Below are positions 18,735 through 28,568 of a DNA stretch of 64,000 nt, in pieces. The notes under the pieces are model-generated. The model saw only the letters and a program-made list of their open reading frames with translations, did no database searches and was not told the DNA's origin. The position numbers were made by a program, and so were the translations under genes. Each line of letters opens with the position of its first letter. Position 1 is the first letter of the stretch. This DNA is from Turneriella sp. Lineage in GTDB: Bacteria > Spirochaetota > Leptospiria > Turneriellales > Turneriellaceae. The DNA is taken from assembly GCA_965279515.1 (NCBI GenBank), contig CBDIID010000003.1, forward strand, positions 2,048,001 to 2,112,000, in the 5' to 3' direction.

Positions 18735-20300
18735 ATGCCTATCGATTCATTTAAAAAGAAGAAGATTTTCCAAATTTTTGCAATTCCCGTTATACTTATA
18801 CCCTTAATTGCGGCGACAGATGCAATGGCAGTCTCGCCCGAAAGCGCAGGGCAGCCAAAACCTAAAATCTTCAATGGTCAGATAGAATTGCGGCCCTTTA
18901 AAATCTCAATACAAAATCCGCGCGATAACTGGCTCGTCGAATATGTCACGCATAACCTGCGGCGCGACCTTTCGCGCATTCCCGGTATTCTCTTTCAGGC
19001 TCGCGAGAACAAAGCAGGGATTCCCGCAAACGAAACTGAATACGGTGGTTCTGTTGAAGGCACCATCGACATCGATGCCGAGGAAATCAAGGTTGAAATC
19101 CTCGTGCTCGATGCCACCACACAGAAACTGCTTCTGCGGGAAAAGGGGCAGTGGAAAAAGGACGAAGGCTTGTTCAAAAAAATGGATCAGCTTTCGACCC
19201 GTATAGTGGGTTTCATGGAGAAAAGCCTCCCAGAAACGAAAAAGCCGGCTCCGGGTGGCGAGGTAAAACCGCAGGCGCAGCGCCAAATCCGCATGCTGCT
19301 TTTGCCATTTGAAAATCTGACCGGACAAAAAAAATACGCATGGCTGCGCAGTTCGCTTCGCGACTGGATGCGTCGCCGGCTTGAGGGCGACGACAGATTC
19401 CGCGCTTATTTTCTCAGCAAAGCACAGAAAAAAGCCCTCGATGCGGGTGAAAATCCACTGATCATCGCACGGGGCGCGGGGTATGACGGCATCATCGTCA
19501 CCAAATATGCCGTGATCGGCAAAACGATGCGGATGGAAACCACGGTGATCGCTGTCGACGAAGGACAGGTGCTGCATGTCGAAGTTGTCGATGGCCCTGT
19601 CGACAGCGACATTTTCAGTAAGATCGACAGCACATCAACGGTGCTTATTACCGAAATTCCGAAAAAAATCCGCATCAAGGCAAAACCTGAAACTGTCGAA
19701 GAAGCAGACGAGGACGATAGCGACGTTGCCGGGACGCCGCCCCCGCAGGCTGAGATTCCACCCAACCCCGTGAAACCCACCGTTGCGGAAGAAACGCCAG
19801 CTGAGCCCGCTGCGGAAAAAAGCAAACGCAGTTTTCCCGAATTGCCGGTTAACTTTTATCTCACCAACGCGCTGCCGTTGGCAGAAGTTTCAAACCATTT
19901 GGGTTACAGCATGGGGCTGCGCTCAGATGCGCGGCTACGTCCCTTTAACTGGATGGGAAACTTTTATTCCTATGCCGCGCTGCAGGGTTTTTATTCCGGC
20001 GGCAAAACGGTGAGTGGCATGTTCTTTTTTGCCGCGAACCTGGGCCTCACGTATCCCGTGCGAATCGAACAGAAATATGCCCTTTTACCGCACGCAGCCA
20101 TCGGCTATTCAACGGGCCGTCTGTCTTACGAAGCGGGATATCCCTTTCTTTTACCCTCGCTCGACCTGGGTGTTACCGGCGAGATGCCGCTCTTCAAAGA
20201 CTGGCACCTTGCCGTTTCGCTTACCTATTACAAGCTGCTCGATAAATACATGAATATATCCTTCGTGCAACTGCATATCGGGCTGGGGATGGTTTTTTGA
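18735..20300 (+). CDS. Exported protein: two FlgO/TolB_N/CsgG-like alpha-beta domains, acidic Pro-rich linker, C-terminal beta-barrel
   Basis: Signal peptide; LLLPFENLTGQKKYAWL; amphipathic strands ending LHIGLGMVF. Confidence 0.6.
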   Translation: MPIDSFKKKKIFQIFAIPVILIPLIAATDAMAVSPESAGQPKPKIFNGQIELRPFKISIQNPRDNWLVEYVTHNLRRDLSRIPGILFQARENKAGIPANETEYGGSVEGTIDIDAEEIKVEILVLDATTQKLLLREKGQWKKDEGLFKKMDQLSTRIVGFMEKSLPETKKPAPGGEVKPQAQRQIRMLLLPFENLTGQKKYAWLRSSLRDWMRRRLEGDDRFRAYFLSKAQKKALDAGENPLIIARGAGYDGIIVTKYAVIGKTMRMETTVIAVDEGQVLHVEVVDGPVDSDIFSKIDSTSTVLITEIPKKIRIKAKPETVEEADEDDSDVAGTPPPQAEIPPNPVKPTVAEETPAEPAAEKSKRSFPELPVNFYLTNALPLAEVSNHLGYSMGLRSDARLRPFNWMGNFYSYAALQGFYSGGKTVSGMFFFAANLGLTYPVRIEQKYALLPHAAIGYSTGRLSYEAGYPFLLPSLDLGVTGEMPLFKDWHLAVSLTYYKLLDKYMNISFVQLHIGLGMVF

Positions 20301-20310
20301 GGACGCCATT

Positions 20311-21681
20311 ATGAAACTATCGATTCTGATGCTTCTTGCACTACCAGGATTTCGCTGCGTCTATATCGGTGATAAGTTTCCAAAAAATGGTTCGTCGGAT
20401 AATGGAACAGCGAACGTGGCCGCGCAGCTCATTACCAATAACGGTGTAAAGCAATGGGCCGCACTCGACGGGGTTGCGGCAAAGAACACGAGTGGTTTTG
20501 CAACGGCAACGGATAGTACCGGTAACGTATTCGTAACCGGAAGCACGGCTGGAGGCGGCGGTCTCGGCGGCCAGGCAGGAGTTTCCTCCGCGGGTGATAC
20601 CTTTATTGCAAAATACGATACGAATGGCACGCCGTTATGGACGCGTCTTTTCGGAGCTGCCCCAAATAGTCTCAGTACACCCAGCGGAATCTGTACCGAT
20701 TCTTCCGGAAACGCATATATTACCGGAGTTTCACTCGGGGATTTTCAAGGGGAAATTAAAACCGGAGCACAGGATACCTTTGTGATGAAGGTCGATGGTA
20801 GTGGCACCATGGCCTGGGCACGCATGCGCGGCGTCACGGGACAAATCATGCCCGGAAACGGACTCGCCTGCGACGGCGCGGGTAATACCTATATCGTCGC
20901 AACGCTAAATGGTACGGGTTTGACACTCGATAGCTACACCAGCGTCGGCTCTCAGGATCTGATTCTGCTCAAATATGATACAGCGGGAACCTGGCTCTGG
21001 ACTCAGGGCGAGGGAGTTGTAGGGAACGCAACCGTTGGCAGTGGCGTTGCCCTCGACGCAGCGGGCAATATCTATGCGACCGGATCTACCCGCGGCGCCC
21101 TGAACGGCGAAACCTATACGGGTGGCGGTGGAGATAATCCCTTTATTATCCAATACGATTCCGCCGGCAGCCGCCAATGGACCCGATTAAGCGCCTTGAC
21201 TGCCGCAGCCTCTGCGAACGCAATCGCCGTGGACGCCGCGGGTTATCCGGTAATGGCCGGATCGACAACCGGTAATATGGACGGCGTTGCGCTGACGGGC
21301 AGTACCGATGTTTTTGTTTCGAAATACTCCCCTACCGGTGTAAGGCAGTGGACCAGTCTCAGCGGTGTTAGTCCCGCAAACACACAGGGCACAGGCATCA
21401 TAGCGGATGCAGCGAATAATGTCTATGCCACAGGTTCCACGACAGGCAATTTGGGGGGAAGCACGAAGACGGGCACTCAGGATCTATTTGTTCAGCGTTA
21501 CGACTCCACTGGAGCGCTGCAATGGACTCGCCTGCTCGGAAAGACCGGCTCTACGATCCAAACCAAAGGTTCGGCTTACCATGCAAGCGGAGCGCTCTAC
21601 GTGACGGGGTCCGCAAATCTGGGAATCGATACCGCGAATAGCATAGGTAGCATGGATTATTTTGTTACGGCTTACCGTTGA
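20311..21681 (+). CDS. SBBP-repeat beta-propeller lipoprotein
   Basis: About 7 repeats of DxxGNxYxTGST..D.F..KYD..G...WTR; N-terminal hydrophobic stretch plus Cys. Confidence 0.85.
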   Translation: MKLSILMLLALPGFRCVYIGDKFPKNGSSDNGTANVAAQLITNNGVKQWAALDGVAAKNTSGFATATDSTGNVFVTGSTAGGGGLGGQAGVSSAGDTFIAKYDTNGTPLWTRLFGAAPNSLSTPSGICTDSSGNAYITGVSLGDFQGEIKTGAQDTFVMKVDGSGTMAWARMRGVTGQIMPGNGLACDGAGNTYIVATLNGTGLTLDSYTSVGSQDLILLKYDTAGTWLWTQGEGVVGNATVGSGVALDAAGNIYATGSTRGALNGETYTGGGGDNPFIIQYDSAGSRQWTRLSALTAAASANAIAVDAAGYPVMAGSTTGNMDGVALTGSTDVFVSKYSPTGVRQWTSLSGVSPANTQGTGIIADAANNVYATGSTTGNLGGSTKTGTQDLFVQRYDSTGALQWTRLLGKTGSTIQTKGSAYHASGALYVTGSANLGIDTANSIGSMDYFVTAYR

Positions 21682-21729
21682 TCTCCGAAAAGTGGATTTC
21701 GCCCTGATTTCTTCATAGATTATAGACCC

Positions 21730-24135
21730 GTGCCAGAAAATAAACAGCCACTGATTGTCCCGATTAACCAGCTATTGCCCCCCGAGCTGTTTATACTGCC
21801 TGTGCGGCACCGCCCGGTTTTTCCCGGCATGGTGACGCCGCTGGTCATTGCCGAGGGTAAGCTCGCCGAGGCGATCGAGACCGTACACAAATCGAACCAG
21901 TACCTGGGCCTCGTCATGCAGCACGACGACACGCAGAGCGAGGTCGGGCCCGAGAATCTCTTCAAGGTCGGCACTGCTGCGAAAATCTTAAAACGCATCA
22001 ATCTGCCCGAGGGGGGGATGCACCTGCTCGTCAACTCCCTCGAACGCTTCAAAATTCATTCTTTCCTGCAGACGCAGCCGCAACTGCAGGCGAAAGTCGA
22101 ATACCAGATCGAACAGACCGAGGTGCGCGACAAAGAACTCATCGCGCTGATGCGCAGCGTTCTCAACCAGGCAAAAGAGATGATGGCGGAGAACCCCTAC
22201 TTCACCGAAGAGATGAAACTCACGCTCATCAACGTCGAAGAACCCGGCAAGATCGCCGATTTCGTCTGCAGCGTACTCAATCTTAAACGCGAAGAGTTCC
22301 AGGAAATTCTCGAAACCTTTGACATACGCCGCCGCCTCGAGCGCACACTGCAGTTTCTCGCGCGCGAACTCGATCTCGTCAAGCTGCAACGCAAGATTCA
22401 GGGCAAGGTTAACCAGAGCGCCGAGACCAACCAGCGCGAATATTACCTGCGCGAACAACTCAAAGCCATCAAGACTGAGCTGCGCGGTCCTGAGACCAAA
22501 GACAAGGACGGCGAGTATTACCGCCAGAAAATCGAAGCGGCCAAACTGCCCGCCGAAGCGAATGAGAAGGCGCTCGACGAATGTTCGAAGCTTGATTATG
22601 TCGAGCCGAGCTCGCATGAATACACCGTCATCCGTAACTATCTCGATACCTTGCTCGACCTGCCATGGAATGTCGAAGCCGTCGATCACATCGACCTTCC
22701 CCATGCGCGCCAGATTCTGAACCGCGACCACTACGGCCTGGGCGATGTCAAAACGCGCATTCTCGAATACCTCGCCGTGCGCTCTCTTAAAAAAGATGTC
22801 AAAGGGTCGATTATCTGCCTCGTCGGTCCGCCCGGCGTCGGCAAGACCTCGCTCGGCCGCTCGATCGCCGCAGCGATGAAAAAGAAATTTTTCCGCTTCT
22901 CATTGGGTGGCATGCGCGACGAAGCCGAGATCAAAGGCCACCGCCGTACCTATATCGGCGCGATGCCCGGCAAGATTATCCAGGGCCTCAAAACCACCAA
23001 GGCGAAAGACATGGTGCTGATGCTCGACGAAATCGATAAGCTCGGTCGTTCTTTCCACGGCGACCCTGCATCCGCACTGCTCGAGGTGCTCGACCCGCAG
23101 CAGAATTTTGAATTCCGCGATCATTTTCTTGATCTGCCCTTCGATCTCTCGAAGATCACGTTTATCACCACGGCAAATACGCTCGATTCCATTCCCGAAC
23201 CGCTGATCGACCGTATGGAAATCATCCGCCTGCCGGGTTATATTCTCGAAGAGAAGATGCAGATCGCAAAAAAATACCTGGTCGGCCGCGCAGTGGCCGA
23301 TTCGGGCCTCACGAAAAAAAATGCCCCGGCACTTTCGACAGCCGGCCTGCGGTTTGTCATCGATTCATATGCCCGCGAGGCGGGTGTACGGCGCCTCGAA
23401 AAAGAAATTCAGAAACTCTACCGCAAGGCGGCGACGGCGCTTGTCGAAAAGAAATCCTTCCCGAAAACCCTGACACCGAAAGAAATCCCCACCTATTTGG
23501 GTAAGCCTGTTTTCACGAAGGCCGACGATTTTACCACGCTCGCCATCGGCAGCGCGATCGGCCTCGCCTATACTTCGATGGGCGGCGCGACTCTGACCAT
23601 CGAATCGCGCAAGTTTCCGGGTCGCGGCCGCGTTAAATTTACCGGCCAGATCGGTAAGGTCATGAGTGAAAGTGCAGAGATCGCCGTGACGTACGCGCGC
23701 TCGCTCGAACCCGATGACAAGTTCTGGTCCAAACACGACATCCACATCCACGTACCTGACGGAGCAACACCCAAGGATGGCCCATCGGCCGGCATCACGA
23801 TTACGACCGCGCTGTTGTCGCTGCTACGCGATAAGAAAATCAAGGCCGGCTATGCGATGACCGGTGAAATTCGTCTCTCGGGCGATGTGCTGCCCATTGG
23901 CGGCCTGCGCGAGAAGATTGTCGCGGCGCGCCGCGTCGGCATCCGTAACGTGATTTTCCCGTTCGATAACCTGCGTGATTTTGAAGAACTGCCCAAGGAA
24001 CTCAAGACCGGGCTGAAGGTTTTTCCGACAAAACACTATAGCGAGATCGAAGCGTTATTGTTCGGCGCTGCGAAGCCAAAAGCCGCCCCGAAAAAGAAGC
24101 CCCGCATCCTGCTGAAAAAATCCCGGGCGGCGTGA
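21730..24135 (+). CDS. lon: ATP-dependent Lon protease
   Basis: GPPGVGKT Walker A, HRRTYIGAMPG, LDEIDK, PKDGPSAG, IGGLREK. Confidence 0.97.
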   Translation: MPENKQPLIVPINQLLPPELFILPVRHRPVFPGMVTPLVIAEGKLAEAIETVHKSNQYLGLVMQHDDTQSEVGPENLFKVGTAAKILKRINLPEGGMHLLVNSLERFKIHSFLQTQPQLQAKVEYQIEQTEVRDKELIALMRSVLNQAKEMMAENPYFTEEMKLTLINVEEPGKIADFVCSVLNLKREEFQEILETFDIRRRLERTLQFLARELDLVKLQRKIQGKVNQSAETNQREYYLREQLKAIKTELRGPETKDKDGEYYRQKIEAAKLPAEANEKALDECSKLDYVEPSSHEYTVIRNYLDTLLDLPWNVEAVDHIDLPHARQILNRDHYGLGDVKTRILEYLAVRSLKKDVKGSIICLVGPPGVGKTSLGRSIAAAMKKKFFRFSLGGMRDEAEIKGHRRTYIGAMPGKIIQGLKTTKAKDMVLMLDEIDKLGRSFHGDPASALLEVLDPQQNFEFRDHFLDLPFDLSKITFITTANTLDSIPEPLIDRMEIIRLPGYILEEKMQIAKKYLVGRAVADSGLTKKNAPALSTAGLRFVIDSYAREAGVRRLEKEIQKLYRKAATALVEKKSFPKTLTPKEIPTYLGKPVFTKADDFTTLAIGSAIGLAYTSMGGATLTIESRKFPGRGRVKFTGQIGKVMSESAEIAVTYARSLEPDDKFWSKHDIHIHVPDGATPKDGPSAGITITTALLSLLRDKKIKAGYAMTGEIRLSGDVLPIGGLREKIVAARRVGIRNVIFPFDNLRDFEELPKELKTGLKVFPTKHYSEIEALLFGAAKPKAAPKKKPRILLKKSRAA

Positions 24136-24159
24136 TTTAATGGTCCCGGCGGCATAACG

Positions 24160-25122
24160 GTGGATTTCCCCTGGGAAAAAGTTTCTATTGCACCGATGAT
24201 GGATATCACCGACAGGCGTTTCCGCTACTTCATGCGCCTGATCAATCCGCGCGTGCGCCTCTATACCGAAATGATCGTCTGCCACGCAATTGTGCGCGGC
24301 GACCGCAACCGCCTGCTGCAATTCGACGCCAGCGAACATCCGGTGACGCTGCAACTGGGCGGGGATAATCCGCAGCTTGTCGCTGAAGCCGCAAAGATCG
24401 GCGAAGATTTCGGTTATGACGCGATCGATCTCAATTGCGGCTGCCCGTCTGACCGCGTCGAGAGCGGCAATTTCGGCGTCTGCCTGATGCGCGAACCGCA
24501 AAAAGTCGCTGCCATTGTTGAAAGCGTGCAGGCCGCCTGCAAAATTCCGGTAAGAGTCAAATGCCGTATCGGCATCACAGGCGAAGAGAGCGAAGTGGGA
24601 TTGCTGAATTTCGCGACCCTGGTATTCGATGCCGGGGCGGCTTCACTGACTGTGCACGCGCGCACGGCGACACTGGGAGGATTTTCCCCGAAGCAGAATC
24701 GTGAAATTCCACCGCTCGACTATGACATCGTATACCGCTTGAAAGAAAAATTTCCGCAGAGACCGATCGAAATCAACGGTGGTATCAAGACCCGCGAACA
24801 GATTGTATCCCATTTGGATAAAGTCGACCGCGTGATGATCGGCCGCCTCGCGCACGAAGATCCTTTTTTCTTCGCGACGGGCGATACCGGGTTGGACGCC
24901 CGGCTGGCCGTCCTGGACGCCATGGCTGAGTATGCCGGCCGTTTCGAAAAACCGGATATCACCGCCGCAAAATTCTATCCGAACATGCTGAACATTCTGC
25001 ACGGCTTACCGGGTGCGCGGCTGATGCGGCGATTTTTGTGCGAAGATGGCAGAAAACTCTCTCCCGCCAAAGCGATGGCGGCGCTCAGGGACCAGTCACA
25101 CAACATATTCCAGCCGGCATAG
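24160..25122 (+). CDS. dusA: tRNA-dihydrouridine synthase
   Basis: APMMDITD, NCGCPS, VHAR, NREIPPL, INGGI. Confidence 0.9.
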   Translation: MDFPWEKVSIAPMMDITDRRFRYFMRLINPRVRLYTEMIVCHAIVRGDRNRLLQFDASEHPVTLQLGGDNPQLVAEAAKIGEDFGYDAIDLNCGCPSDRVESGNFGVCLMREPQKVAAIVESVQAACKIPVRVKCRIGITGEESEVGLLNFATLVFDAGAASLTVHARTATLGGFSPKQNREIPPLDYDIVYRLKEKFPQRPIEINGGIKTREQIVSHLDKVDRVMIGRLAHEDPFFFATGDTGLDARLAVLDAMAEYAGRFEKPDITAAKFYPNMLNILHGLPGARLMRRFLCEDGRKLSPAKAMAALRDQSHNIFQPA

Positions 25123-25159
25123 CGGTAGTCGTTATGTCTCATTACGCTGTAATGGCGCG

Positions 25160-25891
25160 GTGCGCCGATCGTCGCTGTCCATTCCGCTTTTTCTTCTAGG
25201 TATCCTTTTTACCGCTACCAGGTTGAGAGCCGAAACACGCAGCTTTGCCTGCAAAGCCACAGACCCGGCGAGTAAAAAAGCTGTCTTTAAGTGCACCGGG
25301 GCAGAAATGCGCCACAATGGCAAACTGATCAGCGCTGAAATAACATACCGCCTGCCGAATGGCAAAATTCTCGGCCGGGAAAAAATCAACTTCCGTAAAA
25401 ACGCGAAATCCCCCGACCTGTCGCTGTCCGATGAGCGTGACGGCAGGCGTGAAATGATTGAACGCACCGGCGCCGGCTTTAACATTCTGATGCAGGATAA
25501 CAAAAAAGCAACACCGGAATTCACCAGGCTCAATCATAACGATCAGGATCACGAGGCCCTGACGATTCCCGGTATGCCCCAGTACATCGCCGAAAACTGG
25601 AATAAAATTCTCTCCGGTGAGCGATTGATATTTTTTTGCGCTTTCCCGGCGCAGAAAAAGCTGCTGCGGCTGAGGGTGCAGTTTGTCCACAAATTCAAAT
25701 ACGGCAAGACCGACGCCGTGTTACTGCGCATTCAGCCCGATAATTTTGTCTACCGCTGGTTCTCTGACCCGGTCTTTCTGACCTTCCGGTTGCGCGATCA
25801 GAAATTATTGCGCTACCAGGGATTGCATTATATCCGCGACGGGAAAACCGGCGGCGGCAGTATTCTCGATCTTGCCTTCGAATGGTATTGA
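25160..25891 (+). CDS. Hypothetical exported protein
   Basis: GTG 25160 followed by a signal peptide; beta-rich body. Confidence 0.65.
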   Translation: MRRSSLSIPLFLLGILFTATRLRAETRSFACKATDPASKKAVFKCTGAEMRHNGKLISAEITYRLPNGKILGREKINFRKNAKSPDLSLSDERDGRREMIERTGAGFNILMQDNKKATPEFTRLNHNDQDHEALTIPGMPQYIAENWNKILSGERLIFFCAFPAQKKLLRLRVQFVHKFKYGKTDAVLLRIQPDNFVYRWFSDPVFLTFRLRDQKLLRYQGLHYIRDGKTGGGSILDLAFEWY

Positions 25892-25893
25892 GA

Positions 25894-25916
25894 CGCCGCT
25901 CCCAAAGGGAGCGGCG
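25894..25916. terminator. GC-rich hairpin between convergent genes
   Basis: CGCCGCTCCC-AAA-GGGAGCGGCG, perfect 10-bp stem. Confidence 0.6.
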
Positions 25917-25927
25917 CGTTATACCGG

Positions 25928-27061
25928 TCAGGCAGACGCCAGTTGAAAAACTTCTCTTTCGACGGCAAGTTCGGCTTCACCCAGCGTTGCCTCGGCATCG
26001 AGAAATTCGCGGTGCACATGGCCTTCGCGCGTCGCACTGCAATAAGCGTTGAACAGGAAGTTGATCAGCTGTTTCATTTTCTCCTGCGGTAACGGCAGGT
26101 TAAAACCCACGCGGTATGACAGGTTAATCACCTTGCGCACCAGCGAACCGCCGAATTCAAAGACATCGATACCGAGTTCTGCAAAATCCGGTTCCATCTT
26201 CATCGCCAGGGGAATCGCGGGCAATACCAGCATAAAACGTTTAACCGTCGCTGCGGGATTATTTTTCTCCCACCATGTCAGCGGCTGCGTTTTGAGATAA
26301 TTCGTCGGCAGCGCGCAATGGCGCGATTCATCGAGGTGGAACATCTGCAGAATCTCAAGGCCGGGAAATTTACTGAGCGCGCCGAAGATACTCAGTGCAA
26401 TCCCTTCGACCAGGACATTCATGCCAAAGAATTTTTCGAGCCCCTTGGAGCGCAGCGTGCCTTCGAGAATGACATATTCCCAGACCGGAAGCCGCGGAAT
26501 TTCCATGCCGAAGGCATGGATCAGTTCGCGCAACACCACGAAGTGTTTGGCTTCTTCAAGCACCTGCATGGTCAGCGCCGCCTTGGCGCCCGTGCTTTTC
26601 ACGTCGCGCAAGACTTCGTTCGACACCAGCCAGGCATAGGCCTCACCATGGCCGATCATCGCCAAAATATTGACAATCGCCTGTTTCTGCGCCGGTGTGT
26701 ATTCACGGTCGAGCAGCGCACGAAATTCTGCGGACTGCATTCTTTCCATCTGCGTCCGTTCGGCTGCATTCAGGGATTGATCCGCCATCTGCGCCAGCAA
26801 CTCTTCGTCTTTGCTGAGATCGTGGAAACTTGACCAGGAAGCATGCTGCTCCGCCTTCCACAACAGGCGCAGGCTCTTGTCATAATGCTTTTTGCGCAAT
26901 TCATCGTTGGGGCCGCCGATAAACTCGTAGTGTTCATCGTCATAATCGGCCTTTCTGCCCCGCACCATGTCGAGGCCGCGGATGGCGGAATTCAGGTATT
27001 TCTCAATCGTGTCATTCCATTGCCCCGCGGCGGCATTGGTTTTAAGCTTATTCAATTTCAT
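25928..27061 (-). CDS. Ferritin-like di-iron carboxylate protein
   Basis: E..EEAKH and E..DESRH ligand pairs; SD AGGAGG upstream. Confidence 0.8.
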   Translation of the reverse strand: MKLNKLKTNAAAGQWNDTIEKYLNSAIRGLDMVRGRKADYDDEHYEFIGGPNDELRKKHYDKSLRLLWKAEQHASWSSFHDLSKDEELLAQMADQSLNAAERTQMERMQSAEFRALLDREYTPAQKQAIVNILAMIGHGEAYAWLVSNEVLRDVKSTGAKAALTMQVLEEAKHFVVLRELIHAFGMEIPRLPVWEYVILEGTLRSKGLEKFFGMNVLVEGIALSIFGALSKFPGLEILQMFHLDESRHCALPTNYLKTQPLTWWEKNNPAATVKRFMLVLPAIPLAMKMEPDFAELGIDVFEFGGSLVRKVINLSYRVGFNLPLPQEKMKQLINFLFNAYCSATREGHVHREFLDAEATLGEAELAVEREVFQLASA

Positions 27062-27136
27062 TTTTCCTCCTAACCCGGGTCCCCCCGGGTTTAAACTAGG
27101 GATAAAATGATCTTTTTATAATCTATTATATCTTGT

Positions 27137-27176
27137 CTAGCAGAAAACTATACTCTGATGTATAGTTTTCTGCTAG
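27137..27176. promoter_or_regulatory. 17-bp perfect inverted repeat (operator or terminator)
   Basis: CTAGCAGAAAACTATAC-N6-GTATAGTTTTCTGCTAG; minus-strand TATAAT at 27125-27130. Confidence 0.6.
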
Positions 27177-27205
27177 GTGCCATCGCTTTTCTGACTTTGT
27201 TGCGG

Positions 27206-28531
27206 TTATTCCGGCTTTCTCAGATCCCGCGATAAAGGGATAAACAAAACCTTATCGATTCGCGGGCCATCCATATCGAGAATTTCCAGCCTGCCTTGCG
27301 GAATATCGATATCTTTCCCTTCAGCGGTGATACTTTGAAGCTCAGCCGCCAGAAAACCAGCGACAGTTGAAAAAGGTAAGGCTATCCCGGTATCTTTAAC
27401 GAGACCGAAACCGAAGGCGGTATGGAACTCACCGAGCGGCAGGGTACCATCGAGCACAAAATTTCCATCGTCGCGGCGGCGAATGCGTTGTTCCATTGTT
27501 CCTTCCATCGGCGGCAAATCGCCCACGATCGCTTCGAGTATATCATGGAGCGTTGCGACGCCCTGTATCCCGCCGAATTCATCGGTGACGATGGAAAAAT
27601 GTTTTTTCGTCTGTTTGAACACTTCGAGTAATTTCGAAGCCTTCATTGTTTCGGGAACAAAGAGTGGCGCGATCAGGTATTCGCGCAGGTTTTTTACGGA
27701 ATTCTGGCTGATATCAACAAGAAGGGGGCGCACAGGCAAAACCCCGACGATGCTATCCAACGAGCCCCTTGCCACCGGAAAATAGGAATGACTCTTTACC
27801 CGGATAACATCCAGGTTCTCCGCGAGATCCGCCGAAATGTCGAGCCAGACCAGGGCGGGCCGGGGTGTCATGAGGGTAACCACTGCAATATCATTAAGGT
27901 TGAATACATTCTCAACCATATGTTTCTCGGAAGATAACACTGCGCCGGTTTCATGCCCTTCGCGGATCATCATGCGGATTTCCTCTTCGGTAACCTTTGT
28001 TCTCGCCATCTTCGGAACGCCCATAAGTTTTAACAGTATTTTTGCCGAAAAGCTGAGTATTGCTGAGAACGGCATTAAGAGTGTGGTAACCATTTTCAGG
28101 GGGTGGGCAAGGACTACCGCGATGGCCTCCGGGTGTCTCACCGCGAGGCTCTTGGGCACAAGTTCGCCGATAACGACGGAAAAGTAGGTGACAATAAACA
28201 CGACGAGAAGGAATGCCGACGATCCGGCATGGTCGGCAAACGCCGGGAATTTGTCCTTCAAAAACCCGGCGAGCGCTTCGGCGGCGGCGGCACCACTCAA
28301 TACGCCCGTCAAAATGGACATAAGGGTAACCGCAATCTGGATCGTGGAAAAAAATCGCTCGGGATCCTTGAGAATCCGCAGAACAACCTTTGCGCCGCTT
28401 CTGCCCTTATCGGCCATGACCTGCAGGCGCGCCGTGCGGCACGACACCACCGCCATTTCAGCCAACGAAAAAATACCGTTCAATAGGATCAGAACGGGGA
28501 TAAGAATGAGTTCAAGGAGTGCCTGATTCAC
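27206..28531 (-). CDS. CNNM/HlyC-CorC family protein (DUF21, 2xCBS, CorC)
   Basis: NGIFSLAEMAVVS, VIGELVPK, MTPR, DEFGGIQG. Confidence 0.92.
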   Translation of the reverse strand: MNQALLELILIPVLILLNGIFSLAEMAVVSCRTARLQVMADKGRSGAKVVLRILKDPERFFSTIQIAVTLMSILTGVLSGAAAAEALAGFLKDKFPAFADHAGSSAFLLVVFIVTYFSVVIGELVPKSLAVRHPEAIAVVLAHPLKMVTTLLMPFSAILSFSAKILLKLMGVPKMARTKVTEEEIRMMIREGHETGAVLSSEKHMVENVFNLNDIAVVTLMTPRPALVWLDISADLAENLDVIRVKSHSYFPVARGSLDSIVGVLPVRPLLVDISQNSVKNLREYLIAPLFVPETMKASKLLEVFKQTKKHFSIVTDEFGGIQGVATLHDILEAIVGDLPPMEGTMEQRIRRRDDGNFVLDGTLPLGEFHTAFGFGLVKDTGIALPFSTVAGFLAAELQSITAEGKDIDIPQGRLEILDMDGPRIDKVLFIPLSRDLRKPE

Positions 28532-28568
28532 GTTTAATCCACCTGATCAATGGATTACCATCAGGTGC

